Shown piece after piece: positions 20,538-34,200 of a stretch of DNA of 64,000 nt. Where the stretch lies: the NCBI GenBank assembly GCA_002633005.1, contig NMRA01000196.1:207632-271631 (forward strand), in the 5' to 3' direction. Origin of the DNA: Phoronis australis. Taxonomy: Eukaryota; Animalia; Phoronida. Under the pieces are notes generated by a model, which ran no database searches, was not told where the DNA came from, and saw only the letters and a list, made by a program, of their open reading frames with translations. Made by a program: the position numbers and the translations under genes. Positions within the stretch are counted from its first letter, which is position 1. Every line of letters begins with the position of its first letter.

Positions 20538-23019
20538 TTTACAGACTGTAACCTTGGTCAGATTTCAGTTGAGGGTAGGTCGGCAGTTTTAGCGGCAGGT
20601 TCCAGTGAGATGTAGGCCCTGCAATTCTGGTTTGCTTGTGTTTGTGAACTTTCCAGGTATCAGAAAAATCCACTAGTCGGATTCTAAATGCATTTTTTTC
20701 AGGATAGCGGCCTCCTTTAGCATTTTTGATTTTCTGGGAAGCGACTTAGAAATCTTCTGCGATTTCAGGTAAGCCTTAAACAACCCAACATTGCAAAAAC
20801 CAAGCTGGATGACAGCACCTTATTTCTGGAATCTGTAGGCAATGTGCCTTCAAAATCGACTGTTGGCTTATGTCAATTTTGCGTTGTAACCACTTATTTC
20901 GGCCGAGCCCTTTCGGATGGTTTGAAAGAGTCAAAATACATGCAAACTACAGAATAATGCTTGTGTGGTCATGTGTAGCGCTTTTGATGTTAAATGTTAA
21001 ATTTTCCTTTTCTTCATACTGTCGACAAAAAAATAAAGGCAACGAGTCCTGCGATGTACATGTAGGCTCTGCTAGGCAAAGCACAGTGAAAACTGTGCAG
21101 TTCGGTGCCTCCTGGTGCCATGTGTACATGCAGTTGTTATCCAGAGCACAAGCTGGGTGTAACGGAAACAGCTCTTGACGAGCTTAAAAATTTACCGTAA
21201 CGTATGTCAGTAGCAAGGAATTACAATTAGTCTTTGTGAGACTCATGCTATGCAATGTCGTGTCTTTGCATGTAAACTACAGTGTAGGTGGACTCTTGAT
21301 ATGGCGACGCAGCCGAGTTATTTTAGGGTCTCCAGTGGTTTGACGTTGACTCGCCGAAAAGCATGAAAATGTGTGAGCAGATAGGTCAATGTCTTAAATG
21401 TAGCTATTTTTACAGTGTATTTAGATTTAGTAACATAGGTTGTTGAACGTTGTTGTCGCGGAGAACACAACATTTTCATTTGATGTCATGAATGACATTT
21501 GTAATTGGGCAATTCCGTGAAGAAGGTCCACCCAGATACAAAAATTGCGACAATATTAAAGTTTCTGGTCTTTTCTGAAAGGGCAATCTCCCTAGTATCA
21601 GGACCCATGACTGAATTTTCTACAACATTCTTGTTTCTGTACGGATCCATTTTGGAACTCAGGGGGCCCAAACATAATTACCCTTACTTTAACGTGTGTT
21701 CCTAATTCTTGTAATTGATAAATAAATAAGTAACGGAAATACCATTACATTGTGCAATCACATAAGCCTAAACCATCCATAAATATCATTTGCACCCTCG
21801 AACACCATCGTCGACTTCTCAGGCGTCAAAAGCCAACTCATGAATATCATGGTGACATACATGTACGTCCGTCACCAAAAAGTTTTCAATCAAAATGAAA
21901 ACAATTTCAGATTCTCTTAAATTTGTTACTCAATACTTTTGATCAACATTTTGAATCCCAGAGAGCCTTCGTGAAGTCAGGAATCGCGTTAAAAATGTAT
22001 ATGTACATGTAATTGTACTTGCAGGTCCGCCACACACGTTCGTTACGCCGTCGATCACACATCTTTCGTCTGATAAAATATACTTAGTTATCATTTTACT
22101 TTGCAGGCTTACAGAAGACAAAAGTTGCCTTACATTTAAGAATAAAAAAGGATAGAATATTAAGGAGACAAATACAAAACCAATTTAAGAATTTAAACTA
22201 AATGTACATGTACCAACCTTTCTCTGTAGAAAAATAATTGCTGAAAGTCATGCGTTACCATGTGTTCTTCCTACATTTAAAGTTCTTAAAATTGGACAGT
22301 TAGACTACATTTCAATATAAATGAAACAACATCTATTTCAATGAAGTCATTGGTTGTTCTTGTGTTACTGTCCCTAGTTTTTGGAAATTGGTGAAGCAGA
22401 AAGTAAACAAAAGTTCATGAAGAGCTCTGGAATTTAAAATTATAAAATTCCTGAAATGAATTCAAAACATGTCAAGTTGCTTTCCTGCTAGAACCAATAA
22501 GCTACTCCTTATCTGACCTGGATGACATGCTTTATTTTGAAAACCTGAAGCTGAGATATTTTAAATGGTAGTAGTGTGTGATGTGCTTCTGTATTTTTGT
22601 CCAAGTTATATTTAAGTGTTTGGTGTGCAGATTGTATGAAATGGTGTCTTAGCAAATTATTTACACCATCAGATTTTGCATATTTTTGCAAAACAAGAAC
22701 AGTGGACTAGCACCCTGAGCTGAGCTTCCAGGAGATTGAACCAACAAAAACTAGAGGGAATTGTTGGAGACCAAGGGAATAATTGATGTCAAATCAAGGA
22801 GGAATGTATAATCTACCGGCCGGGGTGATTCGTGAAACTCGAAAAACATAATATTGTGGTTTGAGAAATTGATAATCGGACTTACAAGAACCGTGATGCG
22901 AACAGTCATCCTTCAAAACATTTTTTAGAATTTCAAATGATGATTGATTTGATTTGATTTAAGCTGCTGAAGCGTATGGACCAACATCTGATAATTTCAT
23001 TAGCTATATATATTGATGT

Positions 23020-23172
23020 CAGTGGCGGACTTAGAGGGGAGCCAAGGGGGCATGCCCCCCTAAAATTATCCCAGATTTCGTTTAGCAGTTCAGGGGTGCG
23101 AATGTCTGACGGCAAAATCCTGGCTAATACTCTGCCCTGCCCCCCTAACTCAAAATCCTGGATCCGCCCTTG
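23020..23172. mobile_element. MITE with 5-bp TSD
   Basis: CAGTGGCGGA ... GATCCGCCCTTG termini with exact TSD GATGT. Confidence 0.75.
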
Positions 23173-23676
23173 GATGTTATTTAATGTATTTACCTTCCCA
23201 CTTCACGATCACACCTATATCTGGCCGGAAGTTGAATGTCATAGGTCGATGTTGTTAACTATACCATGTTGAACAAATTGTTTGATGGACTCTTTGTTCA
23301 GAAGACGTCTAACAGTTCTGTTCTACTGAAGTCCTGTTAAAAACTTAATTATTATTTACGTGAACACGCATAAAAACCATTAGCGACATGGCACAGACAA
23401 TAAGTCTGCACAAGCGTAGCGGGAGTACTAATTCAACAAGAAGACAATGGAGTGTTACTTAACATGCTATTATTTAGGAGAGCCAAGTTTATTTTAGCGC
23501 CGAATTTGTATACCATTTACTGTCCACATAAAATTGTTTTCCTTAATGTCAACGAGTCTCAAATGTAAACTAATTATCTCATTCTGAACCGTTTTTTACC
23601 ATCTTTAAAGTGAGGTGAAGATTATTGGAAATTGTTTTGCAATTTAGCTAAAATTGTTCAAAACTAGTATCCTACC

Positions 23677-24518
23677 CACAGGCGCTTGGGTTTATCGCAA
23701 ATGGCGTCACAATATATATATATAAGAAAACATAAAGGTTGGACACTCAAAATCTGTTTAGCCGATGCTCCCAACTTCAACCGTCCAAAATCCAAATAAA
23801 ATCTGCGTGCACCTCCCTTAGCCTGGTATTGCATAAACATTCGAAGCCTTATCTTTCCTAGATCCCATTAACTGTCTTCGTGAGTGGTGAAGTGGCGATG
23901 GAATTTCCAAAACAATCTCAAAACTCTGAATTCAAGGACCTGAAATAGTAAACATGGCGGATTTCAGTTGTGCTTCAACTTGTACGCCTGACGTAGGTGA
24001 AACTTCGAGTTTGAGCAAGCAACCTATATTTCAAATTCAATAATTCTAATCCAAAACTCAACTAATTGAGAACGTTAAAGTTAGTATTTTAACGCTTATT
24101 TGTAACTTAATTCAACTGACGGCTCATTTTAGCCCTTAACTTAGAATTTATTACATAAACTGGCGTATCTTGTTTCTCATCTTGACATCACACACTTTTT
24201 TGATTGAAGCACAACACACACTCGGCCAGGAAACGTAGTCCGTGCAAGTATTACAATGCGCGTGGCCGACGAGTTAACTCAATGGTTTTGGCCTTTGGCA
24301 TTCTTTTGGCATTTTTGTCGCCAAATCACCACTCGAAGGCAATTTGAAGAGATCAAATGAAAGAAGGTATTCTAAGAGTTGTCCGATGCTAGTTTCGTGG
24401 AGTTCCATGCACATTTGAGTAGAAAATTTTTAGGAAACAGATTTCGAGTGTCCAACCTTTATGTTTTCTTATATATATTATTGAGTGACGTCATTTGCGA
24501 TAAACCCAAGCGCCTGTG
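23677..24518. mobile_element. Non-autonomous TIR DNA transposon (P- or hAT-type), 842 bp
   Basis: About 80-bp near-perfect TIRs starting CACAGGCGCTTGGGTTTATCGCAAATG. TSD ATCCTACC / ATCCTACT (7 of 8 match). Confidence 0.85.
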
Positions 24519-25277
24519 ATCCTACTATAAATACCCAACAAAGTCTTATCTAAGGTGATGATTTCGCATAAAGGGCAAATTATTGTAAAAAACGTGTTTT
24601 CTTGTACTAGTTTAATTATAAACCAGTTGCAAAAGACCTAAGAACCCAAATTGAGAGTGTACGTCCGTCACGTACACCCGTCACACTACCAAAACTTATA
24701 CATGTATAACGTTGCCTCAGAATTTTTTCCGAAGGTATCATCAAACACATTGTGTGTTCTACTTCACAAACATTGCACTAAACCAAGGTAAAAATAAACA
24801 ATTTTGACATTTCACAATTCACAGAAAGTCAAAGTTAAAAGGAGTTTTCAAAAACTCAAATTCTTTGCTTGCATCCGTCACACCTTTAAAGGTAATTTTC
24901 TCGACAATCAAAGAAAAATTGATGCATGCATTGAGAAATATCAATAAGACCTGACAATCGATGTCATGTGTTAATTATTTTCTAGGTTGAAACAATGTTC
25001 TGCGATGTTATGTCGGTAAGAAATAGGAATTGCACGAGAAGTTATGGGAATTCTCGAACCAACAAATTTATATTCTCGCATTGATATCAAAGGAATATTA
25101 AACAAAAACGTTCACACAGAATAATGACTTATCAACTTCGCTTATACCTGTAAGAATCTAGTGCTTCTGTCAACAAAACACTAGACCAGATTTCAAATCT
25201 CGAATAGAACTAAATATACCCGGTACTTGAAATTCGATAACGAATCAGACGTTTCTCCTACAGGCGACAAGCTGCAA

Positions 25278-28200
25278 ATGTCTGACCACGAAAGGGCAGC
25301 ACTGCTGGGCGATGGGAAGCGCAAACCTCAGTCCAACGGCAAGCCGGATCACAGTTACGAATCCCTCTGCAGATCTGACCCAGAAATTGTAGTTCACGGT
25401 ATCTACTTTTGAAGTCATGTGACATATTCCATGTTGTGTAACTTCAACAGATTTAATTAACACATATTGATAGAAGTGTTTTGTGTTTTTCCAAAAGCAC
25501 TGCTAGTAAAGCATACCAATATGGATGAAATGATTTTTGCTAGAATTTTCTGTAAACTAATTGTGCCAGAGTCACACCCACATGCATTACCTGTAAGTAA
25601 TTTTAATATATAACAAAATACTGCACATCAGCAAAACCTTGAGTCATTAGCTATTACACTTGATGAACCTGAGTGCTGAGCATGGAACTCATTCAGCACT
25701 GCGCACGCGTTTCATTTCCAGGACAATCAAACGGTGCAGTACGAAAGAAACGAAACATGAGTTTCCACGAGAACATCGACAAGATTACACTTACTTGGAA
25801 GGACATCGATGTGTTCGCTCCGCCCCCTAGCCGGGCCTGCTGCCGTGGCCCCGCTCCAGGCTCACAGCCGAAGCAAATATTAAACAACGGTGAGGCTGAA
25901 CTAGATTCTAAATAAATCTTTGGCTGGAAAATTTGTCATTAGTTTGCAGGCTACAGGAGATTTTTAAGGCCCTAGGGAAAATCTAAATAGTGATGGTAAT
26001 CTTAATTAAAGAAAATGCTAGGGACGAGGTACAGTATATGTAGGGCCGTTTGTCTTAAAGTAAAAAACCAATTCGGTGTTTTGAGAAGTAAATGTCTCAC
26101 GATGTCTAAATTCGCTCGTACATTCGTTGTTCATCGTAACGTGAATTCCCAGCCAGCATGTATAAAGGCCTACGACGGAATCATCAAATTTTCGTGACTA
26201 TGGTCTCAATTCTCCCAGTCGAGAGCATGAGGACATACATGTAAGGAGTTTTCATGGGTGATACCTTGATTTTTACATGCAGGAGAAATTCGTGCGCCAA
26301 GCTGTGAGAGCCTAGTTAACGACAAAGAAAGTCAGTGATAAGTTCGGACAGTTCCGCTGATGTCCGCCGAAGTATACGAGTGTGCTCGCTTGACCCACCT
26401 GCACCATTATCCACAGAATGGCCGGTACTTGGAAATGAGCCTGCCGTGGTTAACGACTGTATATCTGAGCACATAAACTTGAGCGAAAATCCCGCAAAAG
26501 ATAACCTTCCTTTTGTTTTAATCGACTTTTTAGTTTATATGTGCTTTACAAAATGTTCGGAGGAATTTTCAATGAATGCCGACCACAATGCCGCAGCCGA
26601 TGTACGAATAGGAGGACTCCGAGTCACTCAGTGCCGACACAATACCTTCATTTTTCCGCTTCACCGAAGCAGCAATTCCATCTTAATGAGAATACTTGGG
26701 TGAATTGTAAATATCGGACGTAAGACTCCATTTTAGAAAGGCGATGGGGCTATTGGTGGAATGATTAAGCCAAGTAATGAAATGTTTTTCTATAGCATCT
26801 ACCTCGACACTTGTATTTTACATGTAAATCATTCGGAAATTTCAAATTAGTCTGTTTGAATGGAAACAAGAAGTGTGTACTATCACTTTGATCCCACTAA
26901 TCTCACTTGTTCAAGCGAGAAGCGCCCTCACAACATAACTGCCTTTGCACCTGTAGTCGTGTTTTTCCAGTGACTACCTGTTCACCGTGTTGTACGTGTG
27001 AGGGCTTAGAATGACTTGTTAAAAAAATGGGGTAAAATTTACCTGTTGTTTAGTGATTTAGCATTTCCAATTGTATTTGAAATATCAGGCCTGCCCGGCG
27101 AGTTGTGTAACTGGTTTCGTAATCTTCGTTACATAAGTGTCAACTATCATAGGTCTTTGTCCGAGGTCAATATCGAGGACTACATGCAAAATATACTTGC
27201 AATGACTGTATCAGTGTTTGCTTAAACACTTATCAAAAGAGGGGTCATGTGTGTCAGTATCAGACAATGTAGCTGAAGTCGCTTCCTTGCGGATATCTTT
27301 TTAAATTTCTTGCGCGGCATCAACAAAATGGCCGCCTGCACGCCTACAGATATGCAGGTGTATGTTGTACGGTATTTCTCAACTCACAAATTACAAACAA
27401 GATAACTAACAAGCGGCCTACATTTCAGTTAACGGCGTTGTGGAGCCAGGCACACTCGTAGCAATGATGGGAGCCAGGTTAGTGTTATGTGGTACATGTA
27501 AATATTTCGAGTTTACAAAAAAGTATTTGTTCACTTATTATTGTGGCTTTTTTGATAAGAATCTGCTTCCTTTACTCAAGGTCGTGGCTTCGAATCCTAC
27601 TGGACCACACCACAGGAGCCTTGTGTCAAGTTTCTAGCTTCTCAGCTCGGTTTTAGCTATATATTTATAAGGTATGAAAATAGTTCGAGGTGATCAGAGC
27701 AATTGGCCCACCCAAGTGGCCCGCGCACGTCTGGTATAAGAACCAACTGGAATAATTTATGTATGGAAGACGTTCAAAGTTTTTTTCAAGTACGACATTT
27801 ACATGCAATCAAGCAAGTTCTGAAATAGCAAGAATATTTGTTCACTTTTCAGTGGAGCTGGGAAGTCAACTCTTCTCAACGTGCTTACAGCTCGTAACCT
27901 TGGTAATCTTGTTGTCACTGGCGACGTGCGTGTGAATGGCGTTAATGTTGGTCGTGGCATCAGCGCCATCTCGGCCTACATTCAGCAGGATGACTTGTTT
28001 GTCGGAACCCTCACCGTGAGGGAACATCTGATTTTTACGGTAGTACCGTGGTTTTTTACGCGCTAGTGATCTCTGAACTTTAAACACATTGTGCTTAACT
28101 CGATAGGAAGAAGGTAGCTGTACCGCGATAGTTCCACAACTTTGTGTGTGGATATCTGTATCAGTATGTTTTATATTCGCAGTGTACAAAGCAAAGTCCG

Positions 28201-31200
28201 TGGAACAACACAATTCATTTTTACCACGATTTAGCCACCATTGAAAAGGATTCTAAACAAAAAGAAATGAACATTTGGTAACAGTTTCATGCGACAACAC
28301 TTTGTTGAGTTTTGATGTTGCCGAATTGGTTATGAAAACTACATGTATAGCGTGTACTCTTTGCACTTGTGACATTTAAGCCTCAAACTATTTTGTTTAT
28401 CTCCTGTGGTGACATTCTGATTTACATCTGTGTACACATTTCCCAGGCCAATCTCCGGATGGACAAACATTTGTCGTATGAGCAACGAATCCACCGTGTA
28501 GACCAAGTAATTGGGGAACTTGGTCTAGAGAAATGCCAAAACACTATCATTGGCATTCAGGGCAGAATGAAAGGCATATCCGGGGGAGAGATGAAGAGAC
28601 TGGCCTTTGCATCAGAGGTGATTAGACTAACATGGTGCCATGTGTAGGCTGTTAACATGTGATTTACTCGAATTACTAAATGTTAAAGTTTAGCAATTAA
28701 TCAGCGGACGTGGGCACAGTCAATTGCTTTTGTTTGCTCACTGTGTGGCTAAGTTCGCTTGTTCTTATTCGTTCACTGCCAGCAAGCGCTTTGAATGACT
28801 AGGTTCTGTTATGAAATGATAGAATAAAACAGTGCCTAGTATCTACATATGTCTGTACATGCCTAAAATGTTTGAATTTAGATTTTGCGAAATCCACCCC
28901 TACTATTCTGTGATGAGCCTACCTCTGGTCTTGACTCGTTCATGGCTGAGAATGTAGTGAAGACTCTCAAGAAAATGGCTAACAAAGGCATGACTATCTT
29001 AGCAACCATACATCAACCATCTTCAGAGGTTTATGCACTCTTTGATCGGTAGGTTACAGAGTTCACAATTCCTGACGTTAAGATGAAAATGTTCATGTCG
29101 CGTGACGCTATACTTTCAGACAACTACAAATGTTGGAGTTTCAAGTACAGTAGCCATTACCCGAAATACAAAATAACCATTTCTGGTTCTACTGTCCATA
29201 TCCACATTGTTGTGGAGGAATAGACGAGTTGTTCACAGTTGTATACATGTATGTACATGTAAATTGTTACCGTACGAATCACGATTTAACAGCTAAATTT
29301 GACACCTCGAGTAGGGGTACAATACACTGTTATTCGATCGTCTCGACGGTCAACCTTTTTTGAAAACACCTCCCCTCATACAATACGATGCATTTTACAT
29401 GTATCTGTACGAAAAAGAAGATCCCTAATTTATTCGATTCATCAGCCTCTGGTGCGTTGCATCTGAACCATTCTAGGGCAGGCGGCGTCAAATATGTATG
29501 TCTACGTCTGGGCCCTTTGATGCAACATAGTTTTAATAACAGTCGACGGGCTATCCAAATTAAAGAAATAACAGTAATCATCAAGCTCCTTGACATGCAC
29601 TACTCTGACGAAATTCGTGTACTGAACATTTTGAACTGTTTCAGAATATTACTCTTGGCAGAAGGCAGAGTAGCTTACATGGGATCTTCCAAGGGGGCAT
29701 TTACTTTCTTTGAAAGGTAAGACCATTGTGCAATGTGACTCGCGGCAGATATTATCATCAATGCTTATCCAGACTGTTTTGCCTGTCTCGGCGTGGGTGG
29801 CAAACGATGGCCTCCTCATAACCTCTTATACGTTTGCAGTTGACATCAGCCTTCAATTTCGTTAATGGAATGAAGGTTTTTCGGAAAAAGTGTGGTGGAT
29901 TACGAGCGAATTTGTTGAAGTTGGAGGGATTTTTAGACTCCAACTGGCTCTCAAGGTGTCCAGTTGCACTCGGACTGTACACACAGTGACCTGATTTCAT
30001 TAAGTCAATCCGGGTTGTGTTATACATTATACATATGGGACCCTAATGAGATTCCAAATTTGATAATTTCGGAGTATCATATCACAGAAACGGTGGCCCA
30101 GACTCAAATGAAATGTTTAGTTAGTATGCTTTATGAACCTTTCTCCCAAATCTCATGCAATACATTTTCTCTACGCACGAGCTACGGCTGACTTTGAGAC
30201 GCAACAGACCATTCAATTCCAGCAGTGTGTTTTATTGTAAGGACGGTTTACTTTCAGCCCCACAATCAGTTTTGCCGCCTATCGTATCCTTGGCGTTTCA
30301 TTGTGCTGTGACCAAATGCAGTTTAAGAAAATACCGTCGTGTGTGAAGAAACTTGTTTATGGCATCCGCACACGGATCATAACGGTTTTAACCTACAGCT
30401 CACCGTCGACACTGTTGCATAAAACGATTGTCACGTACTATTGAAAAATGAATTGCGACAAATGATCGTCCTTTCCAGAGGGAATTAGAAGATTTTCATC
30501 AGCTCACGTCACTGACACCGGAAAATCTAATGAGCCTGATCGCTCTTGAATGATACAACCTTTTTTGTTCCTGTTGTTGAACACTGTAGTCCAGCCAATA
30601 TTGTTTTTGTGTGAGAACTTCCTCGAAAATGTTCAACCTCTCTCTTTAAGCACCTCACCTCACTGTTAACGACACATTAAATTAACAACAAACTAGCAAC
30701 CTACAGATATTTAACTGATATTCTATTTCAGCCTGAAAGTTCCTTGTCCGCCCAACTTTAACCCTGCTGATCATTACATTCGGGTGTTGGCCATTAGGCC
30801 GGGCCAGGAAGACGACTGTAAAGCTAACGTAAAGGTAATTAATGAAGCGCAAAAGTACTGACCCATTAGCGGCGCAGCACTGAAAAAAGTGAGGGCTAAA
30901 GCCCCCATAGCCCCCGTGTAGTGCACCGCCTATAGACCATGTGCGGCGTAGCACTGAAAAAGTGGGAGGGGGGCTATAACCCCCAGCCCCCTATGGTGCG
31001 CCGCCCATGTGACCGTATTCAGTTGAAACTTTCACACATTGTGCGTTACGATGTCTTCTCTGATACGCTGTTGGGGATTGTTTTTAAAATGTTCCACTTT
31101 TGAATGAGGGACTGTAAAAGTAAAATAGGATTTCTCATAAGGAAAACTCACAAATCGTATCAACCGAAACCGAAATGATAACTTAGAAAGCTGTAGCAAA

Positions 31201-34200
31201 GCTGTTAAGATTTCATCTTGAAGGCTTACGTGAAATGAAATTTGGTTATTTTATTGATTTCTTTGTTTTGTTAGGCTTGTGCATTCCCTTTTTATAAAGT
31301 TCAAGAAAATACATGGTCACACGTTCCACTTGATGTTAGGATAATCTATTAATCAAAAAGAAATTTGACAGGCTTTCTGCTTTTAAAACATAATTATGAG
31401 CAATTACCGAAATAAAATCTGTAGTTTTGTAGGTACACTCCCTGTACATGGCGTACTTGTCGACAAGGTCCTACATTTACATAAACATGTAGATGCGCTT
31501 CATTTTTGTAAGCTGGTTGTTCACTTTGGAACACACTGCAAGGTATCAATGGTTCAGTAACCTGCAGCATGTAGCCTGTATCAGACGAAACATCGTATAC
31601 ATGTGCATACACGCTAATATTTCAGAACTTTTAATAATGTACAGTACATGTATTGAATGAACTTGCTTTGTGTTGGCTAACTTTGTAATCCTTATTAAAA
31701 AAACTATTCGAAGTATTTATGTACGGCTAAAATTTATGTAATCACTTGAACTAAACTAAACCCTGTTTTGATGATTTCAACCAAGCCTCATTCTGTTACC
31801 TGCTAATGCATCACTGGTGTCTATCGTGAAAGACGAAAGCAGGAACCAACTAAAACCTCAAACCTGCTATGCTATCTTACAACTTGGACATCATGGTCCT
31901 TGGTGTGTGGTCTTTTCCCACAGTTGCTGCGCACTTCGCTTGAACATTAGGTCACACTTGCCTGTTTAGCAGAAGTTTTCAAATTTTCCTCCAAACTTCT
32001 GAGTGTTGACGAAGTTTACATAGCATTAGTTTATTCAGTGAAAGAATTGGATGGGAAAGTCGTTCTTAGTATCTGTTGCTGGGCCAACACCGGTTTTGAC
32101 ATCCTCAATTTAGCTAAAGCCACTGTCAGTTGAACATGTTTGAGTCGTGCAAGTGTTGTTTCCAGTTCATCACTGAGTTTGTTACTAACACGTGTATTTT
32201 GAAATTCAAAATGTAGTAGATCACTACATGTAAGCCTGGTCTGTACACGCCATATTACCTGTTGACAACATCATGTAACGAAATGGAGCCAACAGGTGGC
32301 GTGCAGATCGGAATTAAAATGCTTGTGATCTCAGTGTGCTTCCACGGCGGTTCAAAGATTCATGTCTTTATGTAAACTCGTAGTATAGACTCTGAACGTA
32401 CTACTTGCAGAGCATATGCGACGCCTACGACACATCAGAGTTTGCACGAGGCATTGAGAAAGGTTTGGATTCCTACTCCGTGGCCGATAACAACGTAAAT
32501 GTGAGTCTTTCACCAAATGAATGCGTTCACAGTTGCATCCTTTTAGAGGTGATGAGGCCGTATATCGGTCGCGCTATTTTAACAGCTCAGACACCTCTTT
32601 AGGGACATCCGGTAGATGGCATTTACTAAATTTCTCCACCACCCCTTCTTACTTTGTACGGAAAGTCGACGAAGAAGTTTATAGTTTAGTGCATTGAATG
32701 CTAAGCCTTTCCAATCATCTCATTCGGTTGATTTTTGAATCATTGCTGTGCACATAAACAACACCCCCTTTTGTCCGTGCTTGTTTCACAGTTGAAGAAA
32801 CTTTAAAAATTGATGTTATGTATTCTTCCTTCTAGTTCGACGAGATTTCCCGCATTGATAGAAACCCGTATCAGGCCAACTGGTGCCAACAATTCAGAGC
32901 TGTACTTTGGCGCTCGTGGTTGTCCTCGTGGAGGGACCCCCTTGTCATTAAAGTCCGATTTGCTCAGACTGTGGTAAGTTGCACATCGGTCTGGCTGCAT
33001 TTATTTCTAACCTATCAGTGCCCCCGACGTCATTTATGGGTCTGCTTGCTTTTAGTGTCATAGAAATATCACACACCACTACTTGTATCGAATGTTTCAA
33101 TAAGTCAAGCAGTTGTCGGAGGATCTTCGTAATCTCTCTTGTCTTTATTTTGTTTTAGTTCATAGCTGTCCTACTAGGTCTAATATACCTACAGCAGACC
33201 TACAACCAAGCCGGAGTACAGAACATCAACGGTGTGATATTTTTAGTTCTCACCAACATGACCTTCGTCAACCTCTTCGCCGTCGTAAACGTAAGTAAAT
33301 TAAGATGAATTGCAAGAAATCGCATAGGTTTTGAAGTAATGAAATATTACAGCATTATTCTAAGTTGTGACAACCATATACATGTAATATCAAAGCTTTT
33401 CCATCACTGTTGTTAAAGTTATCAAAAATGAGACCAGGTCTGACCATTTCATTAGAAACATATTTCATAATGGTAAGTCACTTCAATCAAAAGTTTGCTT
33501 TTGTGACGGAACACTGATATAAAGCCACTTTATGAAACCTGCAATAAACCAAAAAAATGGTTCAATTGTCCAACAACCAGCATTCTTTTAGTCAGAACAG
33601 ACTCAAAAATCAAAGGAAGTGTAATTCTAAGTCGCAACTCTTTAACAAAACTCAAAATGCCCAACCAAATCAGCAGCCACCAATTTCTAACGAATTTAGG
33701 GTACTTAAATCCAGCGATGGATCAAAAACTATTGAGTACCACCTTTCCGTTTGTGCTCCTTTACATACATGTATTTGCTTTGCACAACGACATCTGACAA
33801 GTTTTCAACTCACTGAGCAAAGATTCCGTGCGAAAGCCTACACCCTTTGGTTTTCGGCTTCTAAGATTGAATCCCTAATGAACGATCTATGATTCCATTT
33901 TTGAACGAGGGGATATCTTGTATTACAAGACCAAGCATGTTATGACCACGCTGGGTATTCATAACTTTTCACTTAACGCTGCATTGTTTAGCTGCATGGC
34001 TAAGTACGAAACTCAAATTGGGCCTTTCGTTATCATAACATCGAACCCTAGTATTCCTTAGCGCAATATCATTCCTTTCCATTTACCAACAACACCATCG
34101 AAACCATCAACGAACCAGACTGTCGACGTTGGCCAATCCTAAAATGCGAATTTGAACATGGTGCATGTACACATTGTTCATTTGACAGCAATTCAAGATC

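Noticed and set aside
23677-24518. CACAG termini suggesting a Transib/RAG-like (RSS heptamer) element
   Set aside because: The flanks show a 7-8 bp duplication rather than the 5-bp TSD of Transib, and the heptamer is CACAGGC.
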